Below are positions 27,101 to 40,700 of a DNA stretch of 64,000 nt, one piece after another (the first letter of the stretch is position 1; every line of letters starts with the position of its first letter). The notes under the pieces are model-generated. The model was given only the letters and a program-made list of their open reading frames with translations. It ran no database searches and was not told the origin of the DNA. Position numbers and translations under genes: made by a program. Source of the DNA: Obrimoposthia wandeli (lineage: Eukaryota); contig CDROCS010001406.1 of the NCBI GenBank assembly GCA_977020255.1, positions 558,001 through 622,000 of the forward strand. Reading direction: 5' to 3'.

Positions 27101-30100
27101 AGTTACATATGAAAATAACAAAGTCAGATTTTAAAATAGATTAAAATTTCTTCAAGCTATTAAAATTACATTTGAATCTGAAAAAGAAGCTCTTCAATTC
27201 AGTTTTGATAGTGAACAAACAGTATCTCGTAATAGACGGGATGTAGTCTCATCTAAATCGGTTAGAAATGTTCCTGATAGTGTAGCAAAAGTGTTGTTAC
27301 TTGAAACGAGACCAAAGACTGTAGTGGAACTGAAAATGTTTTCAAAATATTATAAAATAGATAGTGAAGTGGATTTATGTATATTAATACAGTAGGAATG
27401 TAGTGAATATTTGTTCAAATGTATGTTCAAATAAAAGTACTAAATCGGGATGGTACTAATTTAGATGAAAATGCAGATGTAACACCTGTAAATTATCTCT
27501 TTAATTCTGTATTTAGTGATGCCATTGTTACTCTTAATAATGTCAAAATTGAAGGTGGAAATTCTTCCTATGCTCATAAAGCTTTGATTGAAAGTCTTTT
27601 GAATTATAGTACTGATACTCAAAATACTAATTTGGCAACTATTGGTTATGATAAAACGGTCGCAACTAGCAAAGAATGGATTGCAGGTTCTAAAGCTTAC
27701 GAAATGTGTGGGTATTTGAGATTGAATTTCTTTGAACAACCAAAATATTTAATTCCCGGTGTTAATGTACATCTTCGTTTGAAACGTAATAAATGGAATT
27801 TTTCTTTGATAAGCACAGACGTTCTAAAACCTAGACTTGATATTTTGGATGGAAAATTGTATGTCCGAAGAGTTAAAACCGAGCAATCAGTTTTAATGGC
27901 ACATAATATAGGAATGGAAAAAAACAATGCTTGTTATCCTATTAGAGAAACTAAACTTATATCCTACTCTTTAGGTACGGGTACACAAGCTTTTAATAAG
28001 GATCAAATTTTTGGTGATGTAAGATTACCGAAATTCATTTTAATTTCTTTTCAAAAAACTGCAAAGTATCTAGGAAATTATGCGACAGATGTAACTCAAT
28101 TTGACAATCTTAATGTAGGTTCAGTGACACTTTCAAGAAATACTGATTATCGCGAAACATATAAAACAGATTTCGAAGGTAACACTTATGCTTTGGCTTA
28201 TACGCAATCTATTATTCGGAATTTGGGTCAACTAGATAAAAATATAAACAATGGTATTTCTTTCACTGAGTTTAAAAGTAGCTGCCCGTTCTTCACATTT
28301 GTTTTGGCACCAGACTTTGATATAAACTAATGCCAACTACCAAAGGATGGAAATTTACGACTAGAAATTAAGTTCAATGCAGCTTTAACACATCCTACTA
28401 CGGTGCTTATTTACGGAGTATTTGATTCGGAAATACAAATCAATAAAAACAGAACTGTCATATTATAGAATGGAGTAAGACAATTTTTAATTTATATTTA
28501 TTAATTTTTATTTAGTTTAGTACAAGTACAAGAATCAGCAGAGAAAGTCTTGGGTGATAAATTCAATGGAGTTTATCCAATTGATATGATTCCATTTTTT
28601 CAATCTGGAGGATACATTATCAATACTCATACTTCGAATTTATCAGGAGAACATTGGATAGCTATTTATGTTAGAGAGTGGACAATACATGTATTTGATC
28701 CACTTGCAATGTATTATCCACACAAACTTGTTTCAACTATTCAAAAAGGACGAAGAAGAGTATTTTACAACAAGATACAATATCAGGATCCTACGACGAG
28801 AAACTGTGGAAATTTATGAATTTTATGGTTATCGTTGCAAAACGATTAATGTGTTATAATAATAAATATTTTTAATGTTTTATTTTGAATTATTTTTGAA
28901 ATCCCTAAAAAATATAAGGGTAAAATAATAAAAGACATAAAACGAAATTTTTTAATACATTTATTCAGCAAAATATCACAACGAGATATGCCAGTAAAGA
29001 TAAGGCCCAACCTAAAAAAAGTATTGAAATTACAAAAAGTTAGTCAAGGTGCCATAGGGATCTAAAATTTAAAAAAACTAAACTAAAAAAAATCAAAAAA
29101 TGAAAACCGTTTAAATTCGGAAGTGTCCATAAGCCAGGCTAGCGTTCTTTCTACTCAAAAGCGCTTGTCGTCATTACTACTCAAAGCGATTTTTGTTGAT
29201 TTATGGGAATACAGTTGATGGGCTCTTGAAATAAATCTAGTTTGCTCAACGCTTTGAATACACCCAGTATCATAAATTTTCCGGTAGGCCTCATGTGTAA
29301 GATTGTTTCTTCCCACACCCTTTGCTCTCATTGAACATGTATTATTAGATGCATGTAAAGTGTAGCATTCAAGACGTAGGAAAATACAATCATCATACGA
29401 AACCTGTCCCTCGCTTTCCTCCTTAAATTTCCCGATAATATCCTTTAAACTGATAGAGTGTAGAGGATGGTTAGCGGAATATTTATGGGTATCTAGTCCC
29501 TAAACATTGCCAGTAATAAATGATTATCTAAACTAACATTTTTACATTCTAAAAAGAAAGAGTCAGTGTCCCCAGCTGCGATTTTGATCTCACAATTGAA
29601 TTCTTGTCGATATTTCTCTAATTCTAGGTATTGAAGCTCGTACATTCTGAGTTTAGAAATGTCTAAAACCGTCTGACCTATATAACTCGGTAAACCGTAG
29701 ACAAATACGTTTCTGCAAGTCCTCTACAGTTTTTCCAAAGAGACTATTACTTTTTAACTTGTAAAAATTCCCAATCGAATTTGCTAGTGGCCAAATTACG
29801 TCTTCTAGAATTCTTCTCAATATAATCTTTAAACACAAAGTTTTGACTGAAGCTTATAGCACGATGAATTCGAGTGACTTTCGCTCCCAACTTTAAGTAG
29901 AATTGAAGAAGCCGCCAATGCATCACATAATTTAAATTGTCTTCATGTGTTAACAATAATTTCTTAACCTTTGAATTAGGTGGGCATTGATGAACAGGCG
30001 CTACTGGAAGATCATCTAATTTATCATGCACATTGGGAGGGATTTTTAAGTCAACCTCAACCAAATAGCCGACGTCTGATGAAACTGTATCAACAGTAGC

Positions 30101-31653
30101 CAAATCTGTCATCAATTTATTCAACTCTTCCTCATCATAAACCCACTTAAAGTTGGCATGAGGTAGAGGTTGAGTAAGCGCCCACTCATACAAATTATTA
30201 ATGTCGATGTACAGAATCTCCGTGGATTGATTTTTGACAATATGATGTTTGTTGACAAACGTCATTCCACCGCGTATACCATAATCATACATTTGATACA
30301 TCGTGGGATCTTGCAGTAACTCGATATTAATTTTAAGATTTTGTTATTGCTGTTGCCCATGAAAGACCAGGTAAACTAAAGAAATGCATGGGATCTAGCC
30401 CATCTTCTGCTAAAGATTTTACACGAAAGGACTCAAAAACATCAGCTAAAAGATAAATGTCTAACTTCATATAATAAAGCATATATTCTAAAAGATTTTG
30501 AAAATTATTCTCCCAAAATGTACGGGCCTCATTATAGTTTTGAAGACTTACACCCTCAAATTCAGTTATGGTGGGATTTCTGTAGTATTTTCTAAATCTG
30601 CAAAGATTTTCGCAAATTTATACGGAAAAATCCCCTTATCGTTAACCGAAGCTGGAAACACTGACTGTGTAATTGGCCATGCATTTAAAGATGCCGTTAA
30701 ATTTTGTAAAGACCCACTCAAAAACTGCAGAGAATCTATGAATCTAAAACTACAGAATTCAGTATATGCAGTTAAAGATAAATATTTCTCTGAAGTTTGA
30801 GGTATACATGAAATTTCCCAAGAGCTTAATGTACCCAACGCGTATTTAAGTATATGATGAAAATCATATCCTTTGAGATTATGAAACACGATGGGAATGC
30901 GTGATTTTTTAGGGAGACGACGGCCAAATTTACAAAGGTTGCACGCCGCTCCCAAGTATCACCCCGTAACATGATCGTGATATCTGACTAACATAGACTG
31001 GGTTCCACACAAATAACATAATATACAAGAATTACAATTAACCCAGTCTATGCCTGTCATGATCATTGCTTGATGAGCATTAAGATCATACCACGGTTTG
31101 ACAATTGTAGTTCCTAATTCTTCTAATTTTAACATAAAATCTAAAATACAATTTGGACCGAAACATTTATGATACTGTGTAATATTGGGGCCTAAGAATA
31201 GTATTCCTGCTGAAGCCGGTAGGTGAATACTCACATACTGGCCGAGCAATGCTAGAATTGACTCAAAATCCGCATACACCCTGAATTCCACGGGTATGCA
31301 TTTTGCCCAATCCCTGAATTTTAAATCCTTGTCCTTAGGCATGCTATATAGCGTACTGTCATCAGGAATCAGTGTACATAATGTCAGATGTTTGTTGTAA
31401 GAGATCTCGGATTGGAATCCATGCAAACATATATGACACCACTTACACCTTATCCTAACCGGTAAGGCTCCATTATCTAAATTTAGAAGACGATCTAAAT
31501 TGGGAATTGCAGCATAATGGAATTTTTTATTATGTTCGAGCAAAATTAAGTTGAGCTGAGTCCCCTCATTTTTGCTCCTATAAATTACATCTACAAAAAG
31601 GATTTTCTTTTTAATTTCTTCATCTGTTACATTAACTGGGATATCAGTATTAT

Positions 31654-31725
<72 letters not shown>

Positions 31726-34700
31726 CAAACATTATCTTCATCTGTTACATTAACTGGGATATCAGTTTTATATTTGAATACATTTATACTCAAGTTATTA
31801 GCGTGTTCAAATCTTGATATCGCAGTTAATTTAACAGGAAAATATATTCCATGATACTGCAATTCATTTAAAAAAGGGATATATTTACTGACACGCTATC
31901 TATGCTCAGTAATTACATCCCTTTTGAGGATGGCCAACACGCTATACAGAAAGCAAAGGTTATCACTGTTTTGTATGTTAACATTGGAACGTGAAAATTG
32001 AAGAGATCTGTAAAGGACTGTATGAACTCCCCGAAAGATATATAATGTCAGTGAACTTTGTAAGAACAAAGCTAACATCGTGAATTCTAACTAGAGTCCA
32101 TCCACTACTTAACTCGCTATAATTAGCAATTTTTTCATCTAGGTTTCTCCCAATTTCAGTTACAAAATTATCATAGAAAACAGTTGCTTTATGTGAAATT
32201 ACCCAAGTTTAAAATAAATGATGTCTAACCTCATTCGTCGCTTTTATTCTCCTAACAGCATGTATCGGAGATTTCGGCCTTTTGAAGGGTTTAGGCGTTG
32301 TATTATCCGCTTTCGGAGTTGGAGTAGCAGAGGGAGTGAGACCATCCCAATCGTCGGTGAACAGGTCCCACTCGTCCTCGTCCAATTCTGCCACCATCGA
32401 CTCGTTGGCTCCTGGGGCTCCGATACTTGGCTGTATCCATTCGTCGATGAATGTAGTCCAGTCTCCCTCCCCATCCAACGGTACGTCATCGGTGAGCAGC
32501 TCCTCGTCTGAGTCTGGTGCGAGGACTTTCTCTGGCTGAGACAGCGGGATCAATTTCCGGTGGCGTTTGATTGCCGCCTCAAAATTGTCGAAGATATTGG
32601 ATCTCCTTGCTGCTACTGCCGAAGTTGCTGAACAAGCGGTTTCTGTGTTCTGGCGGGGAGTACAGTCTTCCCAATTCTCAATCGAATTCTGACTTGTCAG
32701 GTCAAAATATTGGGATCTCTGTAACCCATCTCTCATGTTCATTGGTTCTTCTCTAGGAATTGAGCTGGCCAATGGCGGTTCTTCTTGTAACAGGTCCGCT
32801 GTTGCTGCTGCTTCTCCTTCACTCACCATCGACGAGTCTTGACTAAGTAAGTCAATGTACTGCGCCTGTGGTGGTGTTCGCTGCTGTACTGGAGAGAGAT
32901 CCTCATATAGTTGAACCTCTTGATTCAAATCGACGTTGTTGTAGAATGGCATTGTTGAATTAGGAAAATTAATGAACGGAGGTGTCTTTATATACACAAA
33001 CATCTTACTAACCCTCTTTTATCGTCCAATGAGCGCGACTTATTCAAATAATTTATTTTATTTTTTGTAGTTATTTTCGCGCCCGGAGAACGAGAATAGA
33101 GCCCGCTCCGAAGGGGTGGGCGGTGTGCGGGGTTGATGGGGTTGTGGGGTGTGGTATGTGTCGTATACATGTGTGGTTGTCATTGTGATTGGATAAAGTG
33201 AAAGAAATATACTGTAGCGTCCGGAGGGCATTATTTTTTGTAGTTATTTTCACGCCCGGAAAACGAGAATAAAGCCCGCCCCAAATATTTTGGGACCCCC
33301 AACCCCTTATATTCGTTGCTTTTTCAATTTTTTTTTAATTCGCTACACACATGCACGGTTTTAAAGGACAGTGGTACCCCAAGGTGGGTGGATTAGACCG
33401 GACACATCCACCTACTCATAACTTTTAAAGTTTTCTGTTTCTTCCTCCATAGTCGAGCATTGTTCTCATTTTTTCATGTTTTATCGTTGTCACAATGAAC
33501 TTCACAATTATCAAATTTCTTTCAAACGAATATGATTGTCAATGTTTTTTTTATATTCAATGGTGATTAATATTTATCAATAATAATTTTCAAAATTACC
33601 TTAAGTAAAGTTTTACATTAAGTTAAGTTTTAATTTAATAAAATTTTAATGTACATTATGCAATCGCGTGTTTTATAGAAGGAATTTAGGATATATTATT
33701 TATTAATTCTATGTTATTCATGAATTTGACCAATACAATATTAAAATAAATATTTAAACACACTTTTTAATCTTTCTAAATTTGACCAATATTTTTATAC
33801 CCTTTTTCAAAGTTCATTGCTCATTGTATCATATGCATGTGTATCTAATGATCAAACTAGTTTTAAGTTTTATTTTATTTGGGATTATTTTGAAGTCAAA
33901 CTCCGCTCCCATTGGCATCAATCTTCCCAAATTTCAGTGGAATCAGAAAACAGATGCTGAAAAGCCGATATTCTATTCGCATATATGGATTCCCTTCACT
34001 ATGAAGCTGCCCGTTGGCTTCTGGGAGACACATGGGAATATGGTGGCCTTTGTTGTTCATAGAGACTGGTCGAAGATACTGCAAACGGCGGTTCTAGTGA
34101 CGAAGAACGGATTGGTCTACCACGGCCGCGGGATGGGTGACCTTGTGGTGTTGGGTGTGAATGGCGACTCGCTGAACCGACAAGCAGCGGGCTTGAGTGG
34201 CAAGATATCATTCTCGGAACTGGCAGGACATTTCACTTTCTCCGTGGTGCCACTGAACTGGCCCTCTAGATTTCTCGTTGGCACATCGCAGCTTCTGAAA
34301 ACGAGGCTGCCACATAAGTACTTCTTCAAGAATCTTCTGCTAGAGCGCTTAGAAATGAACAGACAAGCGTCAATCTACAATGCCAATTTGATAATCCATC
34401 GATCAAACGTCTTTATTGACAATATTCGCACAATTTCCCAGAATGTCAAAGTGACGATATTTTTAGCTATTCCTGTTGCGATTGTCATAGTTTTTGGTGT
34501 GGTCATGTTCATCTCGTGGATTTTGTCTATTGTCAGATACTGTCGATTATTGAAGATAGTTCAACGAGGCACCGTAAATACAATTCAGTTATAATTTTCA
34601 CTTTAGTGATTGATTTCGTGGGAAAATATTAAATATTTTTATTTCTTCAACTTTGAGATTCTACACGTAAATTAAATATATTTTTATATTATAAGAGTTT

Positions 34701-37700
34701 GGAAAATAAATATGTAAATACGCGTGTGACATTTTTTCATTATTTTACAGAAAAAATATATAGCTAAAACATTAGAAGTAAGTTTAAATAAACAGTTCTA
34801 TTTGCAAATGATATTAGCTTCGACTTGAGCTGGTCTAAATGATCCATTCACTTCATAGTTATATAAATTTATCAATAATCCAAATTATTGTCAAAGTTAA
34901 ATAATAAATCTTAAAACATAAGTTCCATCAATTTTGCACCCAAGGTGTAATAAAGTATTTATGGTGACTTAAATAAAAATATAAAAGTTTTAATTCATAA
35001 TTATGCAACTTGACCATTCAAAATATTTGAATTTTCTTTCCATTGTAAATTTAATAATAAATCTGTTTGTTCAGAACATTATACATCACCAAAATAAAGC
35101 TTAAATTATTGAGTAAAATTAAGGTTTAAATTTTTGATAACTTTGAAACATTTTACTAAAATAATTTAACTAACTAGGAAGTAAAACAGAAATGGGATTC
35201 TAAATAAAATATACTGAATGATCCCTATAAAAATGAATATTTTTATACTATTTAGCTTTTAAATATCATTAGTTAAATTTAACATTTTCAACATTAAAAA
35301 AAGAAAGTTTTCCTTCATCTTCTCTAACTTGTGTTCTATTCATAGCATCAAATTTCATAGATTTTGGGAGGAATGCCCTGCTTGTTATGCACACTCATAA
35401 ATTAGAGAGAGGCCATCATTGCTCACAAACTGGTTCGACAAGCACCACCCAGTCGCACACACGCACACATACCGGGCAGCATCAGCCATAATTAAGCAGC
35501 CACTGGGGACTTGTGTCAGTTAATTAATCGCCGACGATCAAACAGCTGTTTCCACTCCCCAAATTTTGTCAAGCTTCGAAAAACTTAGCTCGTCTCCAGA
35601 AACTTGGCCCAGCAATTAACCTCTTCAATAAACTCAAAATGGCTTTAAAATAAAATATTAATGAATAATAATTTGTGCACATTTAAGTACGATTTATGGA
35701 AAACATACATGTGGAAAACAAACCGTCCTTCGAAACCGTAAAAATAATTAATAAACACTTTAACAGAAATATTTCAAAGTAAATAATTCTCATAAGTGGG
35801 AAATTCCCACACACAGGCCTTACATGTATAATTTCACAATTTACAACCGGAATTTCTAATGAGAAACAGTTATGATTATTAAAAGCTGGTATTTTTGCAT
35901 TTGAGGACGGAAAATATCCGTCTGAAGCTGTTAGAAAATACTCAATTTCAAAAATGAATAAGAAAAATGGGGATAAACGATATCCATCAAAGTGCTGAAC
36001 TTAATAACAAAATCTCAAAATAGTGCATCACTATAACCCTAAAAAACTTATTTTTAACAATATTAAACTTCACAACTTAACCCAGGTATTTTAAAAATAT
36101 ACGATTAGTGATTTTATTGTTAAAACGAAAAATCCAAAAAGAGAACAAAATTAGTATGAAAAGACGTAAATGTATATTTAATTTTTCTGTGTTCTGAATC
36201 TTTTGAATTTCTCGACTAGCCAATCCTGATTACTTCTCACAGACAGTGGATCTTTGGCAGCGGTACGACACCAGTTACATAATAGTGAGGAACGTCAGCA
36301 ACAGTTGTTAGGAGAAGCTGCGGATCTGGGACTCTTGTTACGCAAGACTGACTACGACAAAAGAGTTGAGGTGAGTCTCTCATCGTCACTTCTAAAAGCT
36401 CGGAACAATAACGGCCACTTGACCAGGCAGTTCTTATTTTCTATATTGCAGATTTGTACTGTGATCCTCAACTTTCCTGTTTTCATTACAGGAAGCCAGT
36501 GGCAAGCGAGAGCAGTTAGTCCAGCAGAAGCAAGAGGCTGTGGCAACTGAGAACCACATCCGCACAATTAGATCGGAGAAGAGGTTGCTGATGAGTCAGA
36601 TAGAAGAACGACGGCAGTCAGAGAATGACAACCTTAATCATATCAAGGTTAGAATTGCTGGAAGTATTTTTGCATATTGTGGTATATATGAATGTTGGAT
36701 TATTGGATTAAAAACCAGTTTCATTCACTAACTACTGTATACTCTGACTTACCGTCTCCCGAGCAGGGTTCTCTGCGGAACGAGAAAGAGCGTGAGCAAC
36801 GTCTGTATCAGCAGATGAGCGAAGCAGCTAAGCAAATACAGCAGCAGTCCATCACAATCAACCGACTTCATGCTACTCTACAAGAGAAGGAAGCAGTAGA
36901 CTCTGTGCGCATCAATTCGGAAATCCGACAGACCCACCAGCAGCGAGATTTACTCACCAATCAACTTCTTCGTGAGCAGGCCCGTCTTAAAGAGGTTGAT
37001 TGCAAAATATTCATTTTCGAATTTAACCTCTATTGGGTTCATGTTCTAAATCTGGAACATGAAATAGAATTTTACTTTTTGTTCAGTTAAAAAGCATAAA
37101 ACCCTCACTAAATATTTGAAGACAACAACTTAATTTCATTTTAGCACTAAATACAGAATGATACACGCAAAATTTACACAGCCAACACAATTTTTTGTTA
37201 ATAATAATTGTTACCCGAACAAGTATACTGATAACATTAAAAATATGATGCAAATGGTAGTAGATGCCGTAATTAGAAAAATGTAACCGGTAAAAATAAA
37301 TGATGGACCCGTTTAGTATAGTTTTTCAATAGTAAAAATTGCAACAAAAAATATGAACAGCTCCATAAATTGCGATACTGTATTTTTGTATTAATCCTTC
37401 AAGTAACGGTTCTAATAATAATGATATATTTAGTTTATTTGCATCACTTAGCAGTAATTTTGAAACAAAATATCATATTTGTATATTTTATATTATTCAG
37501 TTTCAAAGAGTTAACAAGTTCAAAACTAGCACGTTTCTAGGCGTCAGTTTGTTTATTTTATGCTATTTAAATATTTATATATCCAATAATATACCGTAAA
37601 TTTGCATGTACAAGGCGCACCCTTTTACATATTTTTATAAATAAATTAGGGGCTGCGCTTTAAACGTGTATCGAACGTGTAAACATATCGAAAATTCCTA

Positions 37701-40700
37701 AGATATATTAAGTTGAAGTTATTTTCAAAATTTCGCACGAAAAAGTACATTAAAGACGCTATTTTTTGCAAGGTCACGTTTGTACTCTAAAAAAAGTTAG
37801 GTATTACAAAATCTGTTAGTTAAAAATCATATGAAAATATGAAAGATTCTTTGGTTGAATTTATTCAAGCACATTTTTAAACAGATAATGCGCCTTATAC
37901 TCCACTGCATCTTATACGTGTATTTCATATCGAAAATTCCGATTTTTTCGAGATGCGCCTTATACACCAGTGCGCCTTGTACATGCGAATTTACGGTAAT
38001 TAAAAAAGGTTTTCATATTGTATTTCTTACAGACTTTTCATGTTTATTAGTTTTTTTCTTATGCAGACTGACGTGCTAATGTATTCGTGTATAAAAATAA
38101 CGTAGAAGATTGTTAAAATTTTAAGATTTTTAGGGCTGATTCTAAAATTATTTCATCGCTCTAATATACATATCTGAAGTAAAATAGGTCATGTGAATTA
38201 TATTTCATACAATAAATGCATTTTTTAATTATATTTTTGTTGTTGTATTTTTTTAGTTGAAACAAATTTAATTAATTTCTTAAACAAGTTGTCCACTTTA
38301 TTAGACACATTAGGGTGAAATAAAAATTGTTTCTTTGAGAAATAAATATGCTTAATAAATTTAAATGTTATCACTCTTGTTAATTTCAACTCCTCTCCCA
38401 ACAACTAAAAAATCTTGTTGCATTATGTTATTCGTAAATTTTTATTTTATTATAATCTTTATTAGTTTTTGTAGATATACATAAATTATAAAATACTTAT
38501 AAAAATTTTAAAAGTAATAATTACAAAACAGAATTCTTTAATTTTAATAATTTTAATTTTATCGGTTAATACAATTAAATTGACGACAAATCTATGCCTA
38601 TTATTTATTTTATTTTTATATATTAAAAGAAAAATAAACAATAAAAAAATTATTAGAAGTCTCGATTTAAGTTTGTGTATTTTAAAATTATGTGCTTATC
38701 AAAATTATATAAATATTTCATTTTAAACAGATAAAATAAAAAATGTAGTTTGAATAAAAAATTAACTAATATTTGTTAAAGAAATAAATGTTACAAAAAT
38801 TGATTGTAACTTTAAAAGAATTTAAAATAATCACCATTAACTTGTGTTAAAAAAAATAGTGTAACTTATTTACTAATAAGTCCTACATATATAATTAAAG
38901 AAAATATTTATTTTAAAATCAGTTTTGTTTGAAATTTTGATTAAATAGGAGCATTTTAACAAAATAAACTTGGTCTTTTATTTCTAACTCTTTTCGTTTT
39001 TTACTGATATTTATCAGTTATAAACGATGAATATAATATCCTATGAATATTTACTTTTATTTAAAATTATTAAAATTAATATGCAGATGCTCCCAGTTGG
39101 GATTATTCATGTGCTTAAATTTTCGTTTACATTTAAACATCAGTAATACATTTTTCTTAAATTCTTCTTTGATTTGTCTCTAGCTCCAGATCCAAAGAGA
39201 TGGCCACTTTCAGGAACTTCTGAGTCATCGGAAAGATATGCGTCAAGAGGAACATCAACTACAAAGAAGCCAGAACCATCGGGAACGACTAGACCGAGTT
39301 CTAGAAAAATCATATTCCGACCGCGGTGTTGGCATAAAGATCCTTCCAGACCTATAGACCTCATCTCGACTTAATTAATGTCAGAATTAACTAAGAACTT
39401 TATTTCGGAATTAACAACTCAAATTCTTAAAATTTACAAATCCATAAAAAATACTAATATTTATAAAATTAAGCCATTTTTAAAAATTCATCATAAGTTC
39501 AGATGCAAATAATTATAATTGATTAACTTTCGCTTAGTAATTCAAGATTATCTCTAAATTCAGTATATTCTAAAGTATGTGAATATATATTGTTATTTTA
39601 TCTTATTTTTAAACTGTACAATTTAAATGACATGCTTGTTTTGAAACATTTTATTATATTTAAATTGTACATTTCTAAAATATGAAATTCTGGATTTGTT
39701 TTTAATTCTTTTGATAATGGGTTAATTTTTTTATTCAAAGCTATGAAAATTTTAAAAATAGATTTGAAGTTTTGAAACATTTGTAATGTGTATTCAAAAT
39801 ATCATTGACAATTTTTTAACTATTTGTGAATTAGAAAAAAAACTTCCTAAATCCTAATAGTTTTCAGTTATTTTGTAGAAAAATTACGTTTGTTTACAAT
39901 TTCGTGATATGATTTAATTGCTTATTTTTGAAATGTGGTATAAAAAAATTATTTGTCGGAACTTTTATTCTCTATTTATTTTATTTGAAGTACATGTTTT
40001 AAAGTTTATGTTAGATTTTTTGTCTGTACATTTATAAATACCCGGGTCCATGAGTTACTACGTTTCAGGAATTCCATTTTAAGTTTATTAAAAGCATACA
40101 TCATAATCTTCAGCCCATATTCACATTCAAAGAGATTGAAATTAAAGTAATATTTCTTTAATTCATTCATAAAAATTTAAACTCCATATTTTTGTATGGC
40201 AAAAATTAGAGCTAACAACCACAAATTAAAATTGAAAGAGAATAAAAACACCATAATTACGCAAAGTGCGCTCCATCATAAATTTATGAAATACGAATAT
40301 CATATTTGTTATTAATTTATTCTTTTAATGGAACTCGAAAACATTATGATATTATTCATTCATATTTAATTATAGCAAAAGTACTGCTATAATATGACTT
40401 TATGATTAAACAATCTCATTCTTTACCTTTCAAAGAAAAATGTCTTCAAACCTTAACTCTTGCGAATTAGACACGTTCAACTCTAACCGTTCCAACCGGG
40501 AATGACAAAAATCACTCAAAATGACAAAGTTATTTTATTATCATAAAATAAAGTTATTAACAATTTTAAAAACTTCTGTATCGTAATACATAGTGGTAAA
40601 TAGTGGCCATCTACATTGAGTTACAAAATTATTACTTAATATATATTTTAAAACGATTTTGATTAATTTGCTATGTTAAATTTATATTGTATGTAACTTT

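Larger units (their letters stand above)
21995..33416. mobile_element. Maverick/Polinton element, 11,422 bp, decayed
   Basis: Termini AGTAGG...CCTACT; left agtaggtgaatgtgtccggtctaat...ctgtcctttaaaaccgtg matches the reverse complement of 33350-33416; TSD CATAAC at 21989-21994 and 33417-33422; contains pPolB, ATPase, integrase, protease and both capsid genes. Confidence 0.97.

Noticed and set aside
24554-28849. Stop-codon reassignment explaining in-frame stops in Maverick genes
   Set aside because: TAA, TAG and TGA all occur at different residue types, along with frameshifts and deletions, and host genes end in TAG/TAA. Ordinary decay explains it.
30959-31741. Poly-asparagine protein
   Set aside because: The N-tract comes from a frameshifting microsatellite insertion into pPolB, not from a separate protein.
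32218-32756. Several plus-strand and alternative-frame ORFs
   Set aside because: Shadows of the GC-rich acidic ORF on the minus strand; no independent motifs.
33782-34594. Membrane protein as a Maverick cargo gene
   Set aside because: It lies outside the right TIR and TSD (33416/33422).
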